From a virus (lineage: Duplodnaviria; Caudoviricetes), in the IMG/VR virus record IMGVR_UViG_3300012158_000002, positions 2,073-66,072 of that record: DNA of 64,000 bases. The stretch is one strand, 5' to 3'. The notes under the pieces are model-generated. The model worked only from the letters and a program-made list of their open reading frames with translations. It searched no databases and was not told the origin of the DNA. Positions 46,334 through 55,756 of this stretch are shown piece by piece. The first letter of the stretch is position 1; the number at the start of each line of letters is the position of its first letter. The translations under genes and the position numbers were made by a program.

Positions 46334-47293
46334 TTATAAAGAGCTCATTTCTATGTCCGCAATAGCCCTAAATACTGGGTAGAACTGTTGAGGTACTACG
46401 GCGTTACCTAAACACTTATTTCTGTCCATCGCTCCGGAAAACCCATCATCGCTTCTACAAATAAGGGGTTTAATAAGTTTTGTCCCTCCCATTGGTAGTA
46501 CTGTAATAATTCCTTCTCGTTGTTTAATCCACTTCCTATCATGGCTCCAGAATCCCGATGTTTTATTCCGTTCTGTTTCTTCTTCGCACTTCCGGGAGAA
46601 TATCCTTTCTCCAGATTTGCCGTTGGAGTTGGTAAGAGTTTCAAGGTTCTTGTCAATCCCAGGCTTCCATTCGTTCCTTGTTGATTGAATTTTCTCATTT
46701 TCCCACTCTTTGTCATTTTGAAAGTGTCGTTCTTCCCAATTACTGCTCCGACCGTTGCATCGCTCGCTAACGGCGTGGGCAATAATTGCAATACGCTCTC
46801 TGGCGTGAATTGCTCCGACATCGGCAGCTCTGTAACAACACCATCCAACATCATACCCCAGGTTGGAAAAATCTCTGAGTATTCCTCGAAAGAACCCTCC
46901 AGATTCGCTTGAAAGTAATCCCCGTACATTTTCAGCCACAACCCATTTTGGTCTAATTTCGCTAACGATTCGCCGGTACTCCGGCCATAGATCACGTTCA
47001 TCACAAGACGCTTTACGGCTTTCTGCAACGCTGTGAGGCTGGCAGGGGAAGCCCCCTAAAATGCATGTAAGTTCTCCTTGTCTGATTCCTGTTCGTCGAA
47101 TAAACTCATCTGCTGATAATCCATGTATGTCCCTCCATCTTGGAACGTCTGGCCAATGTTTTTCTAATATTCTAGTTGGATAGTCTGCAAATTCACACTG
47201 ACCAACTGTTCTGAATCCGGCCCACTCTGCTGCAACATCCAGTCCTCCAATACCTGTAAATATTGACAGGTGTGTTGATTCATTATTTGTCAT
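46334..47293 (-). CDS. C5-cytosine DNA methyltransferase, alpha polypeptide (motifs I-VIII and X)
   Basis: SIFTGIGG, GGFPCQP, AENVRG, HARERI and CLGNAVVPQ; no motif IX in this frame. Confidence 0.88.
   Translation of the reverse strand: MTNNESTHLSIFTGIGGLDVAAEWAGFRTVGQCEFADYPTRILEKHWPDVPRWRDIHGLSADEFIRRTGIRQGELTCILGGFPCQPHSVAESRKASCDERDLWPEYRRIVSEIRPKWVVAENVRGLLSSESGGFFRGILRDFSNLGYDVGWCCYRAADVGAIHARERIAIIAHAVSERCNGRSSNWEERHFQNDKEWENEKIQSTRNEWKPGIDKNLETLTNSNGKSGERIFSRKCEEETERNKTSGFWSHDRKWIKQREGIITVLPMGGTKLIKPLICRSDDGFSGAMDRNKCLGNAVVPQQFYPVFRAIADIEMSSL
46408..47028 (-). CDS. Overlapping out-of-frame ORF: putative methyltransferase beta polypeptide (variable region plus motif IX)
   Basis: Two LLPTP repeats and terminal LNPLFVEAMMGFPERWT; start position uncertain. 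Confidence 0.7.
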   Translation of the reverse strand: MQKAVKRLVMNVIYGRSTGESLAKLDQNGLWLKMYGDYFQANLEGSFEEYSEIFPTWGMMLDGVVTELPMSEQFTPESVLQLLPTPLASDATVGAVIGKNDTFKMTKSGKMRKFNQQGTNGSLGLTRTLKLLPTPTANLEKGYSPGSAKKKQNGIKHRDSGAMIGSGLNNEKELLQYYQWEGQNLLNPLFVEAMMGFPERWTEISV

Positions 47294-47558
47294 GGCCTTT
47301 GATTCCTTTCCTGTTTTCAGTTAATAATTCATCAATACACTCATTCCAACCATTTACATATGATTCTGCATTAAGTGGTATAATCTCTTTTCTTTCCGGC
47401 AACGCACGCAAAGGGCAATTAACAAGTTTGTTAAGTCTATCATTGATTTTTGATATCCTATAAGGTAATACACTGCATCTGCTCATTGGTTCATAGCTAA
47501 TAAATCTGCACAATTCGCAACAATCCGGAGTTTCAACCAATAGTACTGATATACTCAT
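47283..47558 (-). CDS. Small Cys-containing phage protein
   Basis: PDCCELC...CPL...YVNGWNECIDE. Confidence 0.7.
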   Translation of the reverse strand: MSISVLLVETPDCCELCRFISYEPMSRCSVLPYRISKINDRLNKLVNCPLRALPERKEIIPLNAESYVNGWNECIDELLTENRKGIKGHDK

Positions 47559-48283
47559 TCCTTTTCTCCTTTATTCAGCCAATCGCAATATTTTTGGCAT
47601 TCTTCTTTTGAAGTGAAAGCTATTTTCTCACCATACTTCTTGTCTTCGTGTAATATCTTTGTTTCTTCACAAAATATAGTTACTACATGGCCAATCGAAA
47701 ACTCACCATACGAATAATCATTACTGCTATCACTTGGTATAAAGGTTTTTGTCAAGAAGAAATTTCTGTCACTACGATAATATGAGTCCTTTTTTGCGAT
47801 TTTTATTTTCTTCACCTTTGATATTTCCGGTTCATATGAATACAGAGATTTAGAGCATGTACACTTCTTTGACACTTCCGTACCATCTGGATATTGAGAT
47901 GTTTGCATACGTGCATCATTGCATAATCCGCATTTTTCTCCTTGGTATTCTTTGCTTTCCGCATACCAAACAATGCATTCATCAACAATCCTGTCTATTA
48001 CCTCATTAATAGTAAGTGCCCAAAATTCGCTTTCAGCTTCTGATTTTAAATTCTTTTTTTTGCGCTCAATATTTATTAATTCTCGATCAAGCAAATCCGT
48101 TTTTTCCTTCATTTCACTTTCAATAGCGGATAGTCTTGTATTCTCATTATATAGACGTACAATTTCGTCTTGATGCTCTTTTTTTACCGCAATAAGAAGT
48201 GATGTTTTAAATTCTTCTATTTGATATTCAAATTCATTTAGTTCTTCAAAGTAATCATCTTGATACATGTATAAATCCTCCAT
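47555..48283 (-). CDS. Hypothetical clostridial phage protein
   Basis: KCGLC...KKCTC and FTSKEECQKYCDWLN. Confidence 0.7.
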   Translation of the reverse strand: MEDLYMYQDDYFEELNEFEYQIEEFKTSLLIAVKKEHQDEIVRLYNENTRLSAIESEMKEKTDLLDRELINIERKKKNLKSEAESEFWALTINEVIDRIVDECIVWYAESKEYQGEKCGLCNDARMQTSQYPDGTEVSKKCTCSKSLYSYEPEISKVKKIKIAKKDSYYRSDRNFFLTKTFIPSDSSNDYSYGEFSIGHVVTIFCEETKILHEDKKYGEKIAFTSKEECQKYCDWLNKGEKE

Positions 48284-48288
48284 ATTCT

Positions 48289-48708
48289 TTAATTATTCAT
48301 GTTTTTAATAATAATATTTTCTATTGCCGTCAACCTTCTTCTGGATATTCTATCGCGACACAAGCCAATTCTTTCCGATATTTCCTTGTCTTGTAATCCA
48401 TCTATATATTTCATTTCTAAGATTAAAATATCCGTCTGGTCTGTTAACGAGTGAATAGCATCTTTTATTTCTTCAAGTTTTTTAAAGCATTCTTCTCGAT
48501 CAGTTTCATATTCGTCAAGCTTTGCGGCATATAAGGATAAATCTTTTACATCACATCCTTTTCCGGTTCCTCCCGATGGAGACGATGGACTCATTTCTTT
48601 AGTTCGTAACTTTTCGATTTCCTCATCAAGCCTTTTAATCCTTTTGATGATTGATTTGTAATTATTTAAAAATTCTTTTTTACTTTCAAAATCCACATTA
48701 TCTGTCAT
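48289..48708 (-). CDS. Late transcriptional regulator (ArpU/DUF1492-like)
   Basis: KEFLNNY...ILEMKYIDG...EISERIG sigma region-4-like HTH. Confidence 0.75.
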   Translation of the reverse strand: MTDNVDFESKKEFLNNYKSIIKRIKRLDEEIEKLRTKEMSPSSPSGGTGKGCDVKDLSLYAAKLDEYETDREECFKKLEEIKDAIHSLTDQTDILILEMKYIDGLQDKEISERIGLCRDRISRRRLTAIENIIIKNMNN

Positions 48709-49718
48709 ATAGCGGCTACTCTCCTTCTGAAAATATCATATACATGTTCCTCGCCTTTGTACGCATAATGTCGTCCTGCGGTATTACTCTCTGCATGTCC
48801 TAAGTATTCTCCGGCCTCTTCCGTGCTGCCTCCGCGCTTGATTATATTTGTTGCTGTGGTCTTTCTGATTAAGTGGGGATATACATTAATATCCATACCT
48901 GCTCGGCGCGCAATGGCCTTAATCGCGCTGTATATGCCACATCGTTGTAATGGATTTATAGAGCCGTTGCTGATAAATAGAGGTTCCTTACTTGATTGTG
49001 TTATTCCTCTTTCTTGCAAGTATCTGTTAAGATAATCTCTGGCAACGCGGTCTATACATACTGTCCTATATCGATCAGATTTTTGACCAAATATTATGAT
49101 CTTTCCATCACTCCAATCAACATCACATACACGGACCGCCGGTACCTCGCCGTCTCTCATAGCTGTACAGCGTAAAAATTCTAACAACGCCCGGTCCTTG
49201 GTTTTATTGCAGCCTGTCTTGAGTTGCTCCCATTGCTCGGCTTCTAAGTGCTCGATCTGCTTAACCGACTCTTTGTAATTATCAATGTTTTCAACCGGAT
49301 TTTTGATTATTAAATCCTCCCTTCTCATCCATGTGAAAAATGCAGATAAGCACCGTTTGCAATTATTAACGCTCACATTACTATTTCCACGTTTTTTGTA
49401 TTGATAAAGATAACGCTCAACATCATCCTTTTTTATTAATATCAGAGGTTTCGAAATCATATCTATTAAATTATTAATATGTATAATGTATTGATCTACT
49501 GTATTCTCAGACAATTTTGGAGCCTTTTTAACCATAAACAGTTGGATAATATATTCATTTGTATTATCAATTGTTGCAAGGCTTGTTTTCTCCTCTATCA
49601 TGTCTATGCCATACATTACTTGTGCCATTATTCCCGATAAAATAGATATCGTCTGTGATGTTACATGTACTCTCATTGCAACTAATACATCATTAATTAC
49701 TCTGTCCTTAATCGTCAT
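48705..49718 (-). CDS. Second tyrosine recombinase (XerD-like with SAM-like N-domain)
   Basis: TAMRDGE (R), GQK, PHLIRK (HxxR), YLGH and HYA (Y). Confidence 0.9.
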   Translation of the reverse strand: MTIKDRVINDVLVAMRVHVTSQTISILSGIMAQVMYGIDMIEEKTSLATIDNTNEYIIQLFMVKKAPKLSENTVDQYIIHINNLIDMISKPLILIKKDDVERYLYQYKKRGNSNVSVNNCKRCLSAFFTWMRREDLIIKNPVENIDNYKESVKQIEHLEAEQWEQLKTGCNKTKDRALLEFLRCTAMRDGEVPAVRVCDVDWSDGKIIIFGQKSDRYRTVCIDRVARDYLNRYLQERGITQSSKEPLFISNGSINPLQRCGIYSAIKAIARRAGMDINVYPHLIRKTTATNIIKRGGSTEEAGEYLGHAESNTAGRHYAYKGEEHVYDIFRRRVAAI

Positions 49719-49742
49719 TTTATCAGATCCTCCGTATTTTTT

Positions 49743-50120
49743 TTAAAATAGCATTCCTGTTGTATCGCTTACGTCATCCTCAAGTCTTTTTTTTGCACAT
49801 GATGATTCCGTTTCTAAATATTTTCTTAATGCGTTATGTAAATTCAAGCTTGCTTCTGTCTGATCCACTATATTCTGTTCAGCAATTTTTATTAATTCCT
49901 CAATTGTGACCATCTCCACTGTTATGTATGGCCATTCTGAACAGCATGGCTCTTGTCCAGTAAAATACATATCGCTTTCTTCTGGATATTTGGTTCCTAC
50001 CATTCCTTGAGAATTCAAGTAATGAATTGCATTATCCTCAATGAATAAATTGTCATGGCTGTTGGCTCCAACAATATGTATATGATCGTCTCTTTTGATT
50101 TTTATAATTGGAAATAACAT
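49743..50120 (-). CDS. Hypothetical phage protein
   Basis: ORF track. Confidence 0.65.
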   Translation of the reverse strand: MLFPIIKIKRDDHIHIVGANSHDNLFIEDNAIHYLNSQGMVGTKYPEESDMYFTGQEPCCSEWPYITVEMVTIEELIKIAEQNIVDQTEASLNLHNALRKYLETESSCAKKRLEDDVSDTTGMLF

Positions 50121-50272
50121 AATTATCCTTCTTTCTTGTTTTATTTCTTATCTTTTTATTATAGCTGCCACAATTATCACTATTATCTCGACCAATATAG
50201 TTGCAACTACTCCGCACCAAAACGGGTTTATGTACATGTGCGTTCTCCTCCTCTGATTTATTATTTATCATA

Positions 50273-50656
50273 CTATTTAAATCCTTTTCTCTTGCAATAT
50301 TGATTCCAATTTTCGTGCCGGTATAGTCTTCCGTATACATACCTCTGCGCAAATTCCAATTGCAAATTGGGATAAATACTATAGTCAGGATACATGTCCT
50401 CAATCGCTGGCAGTAACTGCTTTTTCATATCATATCCAGTTCCTCCCCTTTCTGTAGTTTCTGGCAGATATGGGTTTTCCGGTGTGAAATCAAAAACCTT
50501 ACTACTATACACTTTGTCGTAATTATATAGGGGAAGCCACCAGCTTACCTGATCACCCTGCATCTTATGCCAAGCAGCTATTTTCATAAGGGCATAATTT
50601 GGAAATGTTTTATTTTTCAGGTGTTCTTTTTCCGCATCGTGTAATCCAATTAACAT
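50273..50656 (-). pseudogene. Internally deleted remnant of a phage radical-SAM-like protein
   Basis: FPNYALMKIAAWHK..GD.V, YSSKVF.FT, GGTGY and YPDYSIYP N-domain joined directly to a short tail; no CxxxCxxC. Confidence 0.5.
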
Positions 50657-50716
50657 TTTTTCACTTAGAAAGGGTACCCTTTATCGCTGGCCAGCAAAAG
50701 CTCCTTTCTTTTTTAA

Positions 50717-50971
50717 TTAATCCATTATTTTGGGAAATACTGCTTCAATATCCTCTTCGTAAAATGATTCTGTTAAATCTATAGCTACTGAATGTTCACA
50801 TATCCCACAATTCCCAAGGTGACCATATTCAGCATGATTTAATATCTTTGTATTGCTCAAAAAACAATGTAGCATCTCAAAAGGTACCCAAACTATAAAA
50901 CTGTTCAAGCGATACCCTCGCCATCCATATTCCAATCCATTTATTTCTATAAAGCTTTTTATATTTTCCAT
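50717..50971 (-). CDS. Hypothetical phage protein
   Basis: ORF track. Confidence 0.6.
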   Translation of the reverse strand: MENIKSFIEINGLEYGWRGYRLNSFIVWVPFEMLHCFLSNTKILNHAEYGHLGNCGICEHSVAIDLTESFYEEDIEAVFPKIMD

Positions 50972-50996
50972 TATTCTCCTTCATACGGCTTTAAAT

Positions 50997-51833
50997 TTAC
51001 CACGGAAATTCCTGTATCAATGATTCTCCCCATATCGGTGAAAGACTGTTCTTCATGAATACAGGTGTATTGGTATGACGGCATTGTTCAACGATATTTT
51101 CTATCCATTCTCGCTTAGGAACGACCTTATCTTTGCGGTTTCCGGTCTCGCTCCCTAATATAATCAAATCTGTATTGATTTCAATATCCCCAAAATCCGC
51201 TTGTATAGGTTCTATACTCACGAATGTGTTATATTTTTCATCTGCTAAATGAGAACAATAAAAATATTCTTTTTCTGGTACTTCTGTCGTTGTTCCATAC
51301 CAACATGATACATTGTTTTTGCTTTCATTTAACAAAATTCCCTTGTTCGCCAATTCAATATATCGGCTTGGATTCTTCGTCAAAAACAAATACCTATGCT
51401 GTGGAGCCGCCTCACAAGCCTTGAATACTTTTTGAATCCATTCATCTGGTATCCAATCTCCAAAGAGGTCAGCCATTGAACAGACAAAAATGTTTCTGCC
51501 TTTTTTATTTTTAAAATCATCGAGGCGATAACGGTGGAAAGTCGGTGTGAAGCCAAATGGAAATGGAGCTTTGTGGCATTTTGATGTTAAAAAATGGTCT
51601 TTTATATCGGCTATCGTTCCGTTATTTGTTTCTCTTGCTTCTCCGTAGTATGCTTTAATAGGTGCAATATAAGTTTTGTCGTCAGATATGTTTATCCGAG
51701 CCATTCCCGGTGTGTACTTCCATCCTCCGAACCTTTGCGTTATGTTCCGGGCATAGCAATATGTACATCCATGTAGGCATCCAGTTACCGGACTCCATGT
51801 TGAATCGCAATAGTCTATTTTAGTCTTATTCAT
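50997..51833 (-). CDS. DUF5131 (phage Gp37/Gp68-like) protein
   Basis: TKIDYCDSTWSPVTGC..GC.YCYA, FVCSMADLF, YLFLTKNP and FVSIEP motifs. Confidence 0.88.
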   Translation of the reverse strand: MNKTKIDYCDSTWSPVTGCLHGCTYCYARNITQRFGGWKYTPGMARINISDDKTYIAPIKAYYGEARETNNGTIADIKDHFLTSKCHKAPFPFGFTPTFHRYRLDDFKNKKGRNIFVCSMADLFGDWIPDEWIQKVFKACEAAPQHRYLFLTKNPSRYIELANKGILLNESKNNVSCWYGTTTEVPEKEYFYCSHLADEKYNTFVSIEPIQADFGDIEINTDLIILGSETGNRKDKVVPKREWIENIVEQCRHTNTPVFMKNSLSPIWGESLIQEFPW

Positions 51834-51866
51834 GATTTTTCCTTTCTCATCTAAATTTTAATTTAC

Positions 51867-52292
51867 TTATCCAAGTAATTCTGGATTATCAAAAATATTG
51901 CCGACAACCTCATAATTTTTTACATCATTATAATAACTATCCCAATAGCCAATTGGTGAAAATCTCGCTTTCTCTTCACTCCATTTTATAATTTCCTTAT
52001 TCGGTACATATTCACCACTTTGACCATAATCTTTATAACGTTTTCCTACTATAATATCTCCTTCCCAAATCAATTTTCCGTTCTTATCCGTAATATTCGT
52101 GCACTGAGATATGGTTTCTGGAGCCACTACCTCATAACAGGAACGGTATATTTCGCTATAATCATTTGCCGATAGAGGTTCAACACCAATACATGAGACA
52201 GATACGCAATCATCACTCATTAAAAAATAGAATCCTTCTACCCACTTGCCGTTGTCAATCCGTTTTCCACGGAATAATATTTTTCGTTCCAT
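51867..52292 (-). CDS. YopX-family protein
   Basis: ILFRGKR.DNG.WVEG, QCT...DKNGKLIWEGDI and EVVGNIFDNPELL. Confidence 0.9.
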   Translation of the reverse strand: MERKILFRGKRIDNGKWVEGFYFLMSDDCVSVSCIGVEPLSANDYSEIYRSCYEVVAPETISQCTNITDKNGKLIWEGDIIVGKRYKDYGQSGEYVPNKEIIKWSEEKARFSPIGYWDSYYNDVKNYEVVGNIFDNPELLG

Positions 52293-52472
52293 TCTTTCAC
52301 CTCATTTAATTTCTATTTGCCTGTCATATTTCCTCTTTTTCTTCCCAATTATCACAGGTTTCGTTATACATTGTGTATTCCCCACAAGCGTCCGAATCCT
52401 GGGAGATACACATAAATTCTGGTCCTCTATCCCATACATGATATTGGCAGGTACCGCAGCATTTTTTATCAC

Positions 52473-52688
52473 TCATACAATTTCCATCTCCTTTTTCTTC
52501 AAGTTTCGTTCACTAAAATACTTTGATCTGTCATGTGTCGCGGCATATTGTCTGTTATATTCCCGTTTTTTATCAGGATTTTGATTGTATTTTTCTCTCA
52601 TGGCAGCACATATTTTTTCCCTGTTGAGATCGTAATACTTCTTCCGGTACTTCCTTTCTGATTCAGATGTTATGTATTCCGTTTTCAA
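52473..52688 (-). CDS. Basic hypothetical protein
   Basis: ORF track; overlaps the initiator stop codon. Confidence 0.55.
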   Translation of the reverse strand: MKTEYITSESERKYRKKYYDLNREKICAAMREKYNQNPDKKREYNRQYAATHDRSKYFSERNLKKKEMEIV

Positions 52689-53443
52689 TTCTCTAACAGC
52701 TCCTTTTCTAATTGGTCAAAATCATATTGATTCTGACTAAATTGATTAAAATTGTTCTTTTTTAAACCCTTGTTGGTAGGCAATTTTGGTTTTACATATT
52801 TCCCTGGAAGAAAGGTTTCAAAAAAGCAATCCTTGAAAAAATTATCTGAACGCCTTACAAGCATTCCGGTGATATCACAAGATTCTGCATAGTTTTTAAC
52901 AGCTTCAATCAACTCCTCCTCTGTAACACTTCCCGTTAATAGCACATCCATATAAGCATGTTCTGTGCTGTTTCTAGGATTTCCGTATTGATTTTCTGGA
53001 TACAACAACAGGAAATCCTCAAACCGTTCCACGGGGGATATAGGGGGTATAATATTTTGTATTGTTTTGTTTATTAATGGGTTCATATTGTGGTACAGGT
53101 TGTGGTTCACATTGTGGTCGTTTTGTGGTTCAAATTGTGGTACATTATTGGCAGTGTTTTGTACCACAATGCTAATCATTTGATAAGCCGCCGAACTGCA
53201 TCCACCTCTGGAACGCCATTTTATATAACCGTCTTGTTCCAGTTTATTTCTAGCTCTCTTTATTGCTTGTGCATTTAATCCCGATTTCAGCACCAGGACT
53301 GATACAGCTACCGTAAACTCTTGTTGCCAACCTGTTTTATTTGCTATGGACATTAACGCATGCCATAAGGCAATGGCAGGTGAGGGCAACGGATTTAGTT
53401 CGAGCCGATCGTAAAATGCTTTTATCTCCAATAAATAATTCAT
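52685..53443 (-). CDS. Phage replication initiator protein
   Basis: N-term wHTH (ALWHALM...IKRARNKL.Q.GYI), low-complexity linker, C-term NNFNQFSQNQYDFDQLEKELL. Confidence 0.8.
   Translation of the reverse strand: MNYLLEIKAFYDRLELNPLPSPAIALWHALMSIANKTGWQQEFTVAVSVLVLKSGLNAQAIKRARNKLEQDGYIKWRSRGGCSSAAYQMISIVVQNTANNVPQFEPQNDHNVNHNLYHNMNPLINKTIQNIIPPISPVERFEDFLLLYPENQYGNPRNSTEHAYMDVLLTGSVTEEELIEAVKNYAESCDITGMLVRRSDNFFKDCFFETFLPGKYVKPKLPTNKGLKKNNFNQFSQNQYDFDQLEKELLEN
53088..53144. repeat. Five TTGTGGT iteron-like repeats inside the initiator gene (candidate origin)
   Basis: TTGTGGT at about 12-bp spacing next to an AT-rich stretch. Confidence 0.65.
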
Positions 53444-53579
53444 TTATCACCGCCCATTATCTAATCATTGTTACCTCGTATTTGCTCTATCGATTGCGGC
53501 ACCAACCGGTACCGCACCGACATGGCTTGTGTGATATATTATGTACATGAACGGTTTCTTTTTGTTTTACCAAGGTGTT

Positions 53580-53888
53580 TCAACCTAAATAATTTTTTCC
53601 ATACCGTTTCATAAAATCTTCCTTAGAACCGTATTTTTTTATCCAGATCATTTGAGCTATTCTTTTTAATTTGATTGATGTTATAGCATCATGATGAACT
53701 GACATTTTTCCATTTCGATGGCACTTATTACCGCATAAACGGACTTTCATTCCGTCTTTTTCGGATAGTTTTCGGTTTGCTCCACCAAATACATGATGCT
53801 CCTCTAAGTGGTCATATGAGCCATTAGCGCCGCACATGAAGCACTTAGTATAATCATCTTGAATAATACTTTTAGCCATCAGATTCAC
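53580..53888 (-). CDS. HNH-like/zinc-binding protein
   Basis: CFMCG...EEHHVFGG.NRK.SE...V.LC..CH. Confidence 0.7.
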   Translation of the reverse strand: MNLMAKSIIQDDYTKCFMCGANGSYDHLEEHHVFGGANRKLSEKDGMKVRLCGNKCHRNGKMSVHHDAITSIKLKRIAQMIWIKKYGSKEDFMKRYGKNYLG

Positions 53889-54309
53889 CTTCTTCCACTA
53901 TAATTACTTCAATTCGAGGATCGTGACTATCAACAAAAAAGTTATCAGAAAAACCAGTAATACAATTCCATCCGTCATTCTTTAAAATTCCACACATCAC
54001 TAAAGCATCTTGAATAAATTTGTGCGCTACACCTGCTATATTGTCCAGATCACGCTTTTTATTAGGTTCATGGTAACTATAGTGGATATGTACAGGTTTT
54101 TCGATTTTGAGTCTTTTAAGCTGCATTCTGGCAGCATTGGAAATAATCATTTGGTACTCCTGTTTCATTTCATTTCCACTACTGCATATTTGCTTTCCTC
54201 TCCGATGAAAATTCCGTTCCTGCTTAAGATAATCATTCAGTCCCGGAAGAGTACCTTTAATAATAAATTTATACTCCATCACACAGCCCCCAGCAACTCG
54301 CTTGACCAA
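53872..54309 (-). CDS. rusA: RusA-family Holliday junction resolvase
   Basis: RDLDN...KFIQDAL...I..ND.. and PRIEV motifs. Confidence 0.85.
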   Translation of the reverse strand: MVKRVAGGCVMEYKFIIKGTLPGLNDYLKQERNFHRRGKQICSSGNEMKQEYQMIISNAARMQLKRLKIEKPVHIHYSYHEPNKKRDLDNIAGVAHKFIQDALVMCGILKNDGWNCITGFSDNFFVDSHDPRIEVIIVEEGESDG

Positions 54310-55079
54310 ATAGATTGTGTTAATACTTTTGTATGTTTGCAGTAATCACACATTTCACAACGTAATGGATCAATTTCTCCATTTTTCAATGCAATAATTT
54401 TGGGAATATTTTTTTCTACTTCCGCAAGAGCCTCATCCATTAACTTTTGTTCGATCTGAATAACTTCAATATCTGGATATTCTTCTTTAGATGCTGCTGC
54501 AATTCTGAAAGGAAGCAAATGACCTGTATTTATTTCAACCACCTTCTGATATATTGCTGCCTGTATGTCATAACCCCAATAGCGAATAAATTCCATGTGA
54601 CCAAAATCCTTAGTATAATAAGTATCATGTAAGCTTTTCATGCATTTAAGATCAACTATCAGTTTTCCAGGAAAATAACTATCCATTTTTATTTTCCATA
54701 ATGTACCAAATAATTCGGCTGTCATGATTACTTGTTTTTTTCCTTCCAAATGCTGCATAAAATAGTCATCTCGTTCAATGCGGTTAATAACTTCCTCCGC
54801 TCTTTTGTACTCCGCTCTAAGAGCGCCACTGCTTTTAGTAAATATTTCGGGGTTTTTTGCTTTAAATAAATCCAGCGTTCCCTCAAAATGTGCGTCCACA
54901 TACGAGCCGACAAGAAGAGGAGTTGTCTTTTTCTGCTCCCAGTTATTATTTAATTTTGCAATTGCCTCTGCCTCGCATCCTAATCGACCAAGACAACCAA
55001 TAAAGTTTTTATATTGAGAAACCGAAAGATATTTTTTGTTAGCTTCTTCTAAGAAATAATTTTCTTGTGTTAATATCAT
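54279..55079 (-). CDS. PD-(D/E)XK exonuclease (DUF3799/RecE-like)
   Basis: YLSVSQYK, WKIKMD, IVDLK and GYDIQAAIY motifs. Confidence 0.85.
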   Translation of the reverse strand: MILTQENYFLEEANKKYLSVSQYKNFIGCLGRLGCEAEAIAKLNNNWEQKKTTPLLVGSYVDAHFEGTLDLFKAKNPEIFTKSSGALRAEYKRAEEVINRIERDDYFMQHLEGKKQVIMTAELFGTLWKIKMDSYFPGKLIVDLKCMKSLHDTYYTKDFGHMEFIRYWGYDIQAAIYQKVVEINTGHLLPFRIAAASKEEYPDIEVIQIEQKLMDEALAEVEKNIPKIIALKNGEIDPLRCEMCDYCKHTKVLTQSIWSSELLGAV

Positions 55080-55747
55080 TTAAAAACCTCCTCTGCTTCC
55101 TGCATGATTGTATCTTGACTTGTTAATTTAAATGGATCAGCTGGTGCTATGCGTTCTGGTCTTGAAATATCCTCAACCTCACCCTCAACATGTATACCCA
55201 TGAGTGCATTCGGAATATGCACACGGGCAAAGAATGCAGAGGCCCTATATGCAAGCATTTGTTCCGGCATTGTTTTCCATTTAGAGCCAGATTTTCCATA
55301 CCAGCCTTCTTCTTTTGCCATCTTTATTGTTATTTCCGTGCCATTTACAGTTTCGCCATCCTCTATTCTGATGGCTTGTACATAGCATCCCCATGTGTCA
55401 GTTCCTTTTTCGCCTGTATATACATGCTTTACATTACGATATTTTCCGCTGCCATTAATCAATGACATACAGGCTTGTCCGCTCCATGATGGTTTCCCTT
55501 GTACAACGTACAGGTTTTGCATCACCATCATTGGGCTTACGCCCATCCGGTTAGCCATTTCCACGGCAATGGCACAATCCATTGGTTTTCCCTGATAATC
55601 CTTAGGAACCAATGTGGATATAGCAAACATTTTACCCATATCATATAGTTCCTTAAAGTTTGCCATGCTGGAAAAGTCTGCATTCAGTCCTTGTAGTGGG
55701 GTACTCTGTAATAGTTCTTGGTCCTGTCTAATAATTTCAGTTTCCAT
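55076..55747 (-). CDS. RecT-like single-strand annealing protein
   Basis: LVPKDYQGKP, MQNLYVVQGKPSW and SKWKTMPEQML.YRA motifs. Confidence 0.8.
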   Translation of the reverse strand: METEIIRQDQELLQSTPLQGLNADFSSMANFKELYDMGKMFAISTLVPKDYQGKPMDCAIAVEMANRMGVSPMMVMQNLYVVQGKPSWSGQACMSLINGSGKYRNVKHVYTGEKGTDTWGCYVQAIRIEDGETVNGTEITIKMAKEEGWYGKSGSKWKTMPEQMLAYRASAFFARVHIPNALMGIHVEGEVEDISRPERIAPADPFKLTSQDTIMQEAEEVFK

Positions 55748-55756
55748 TTTTTCCTC

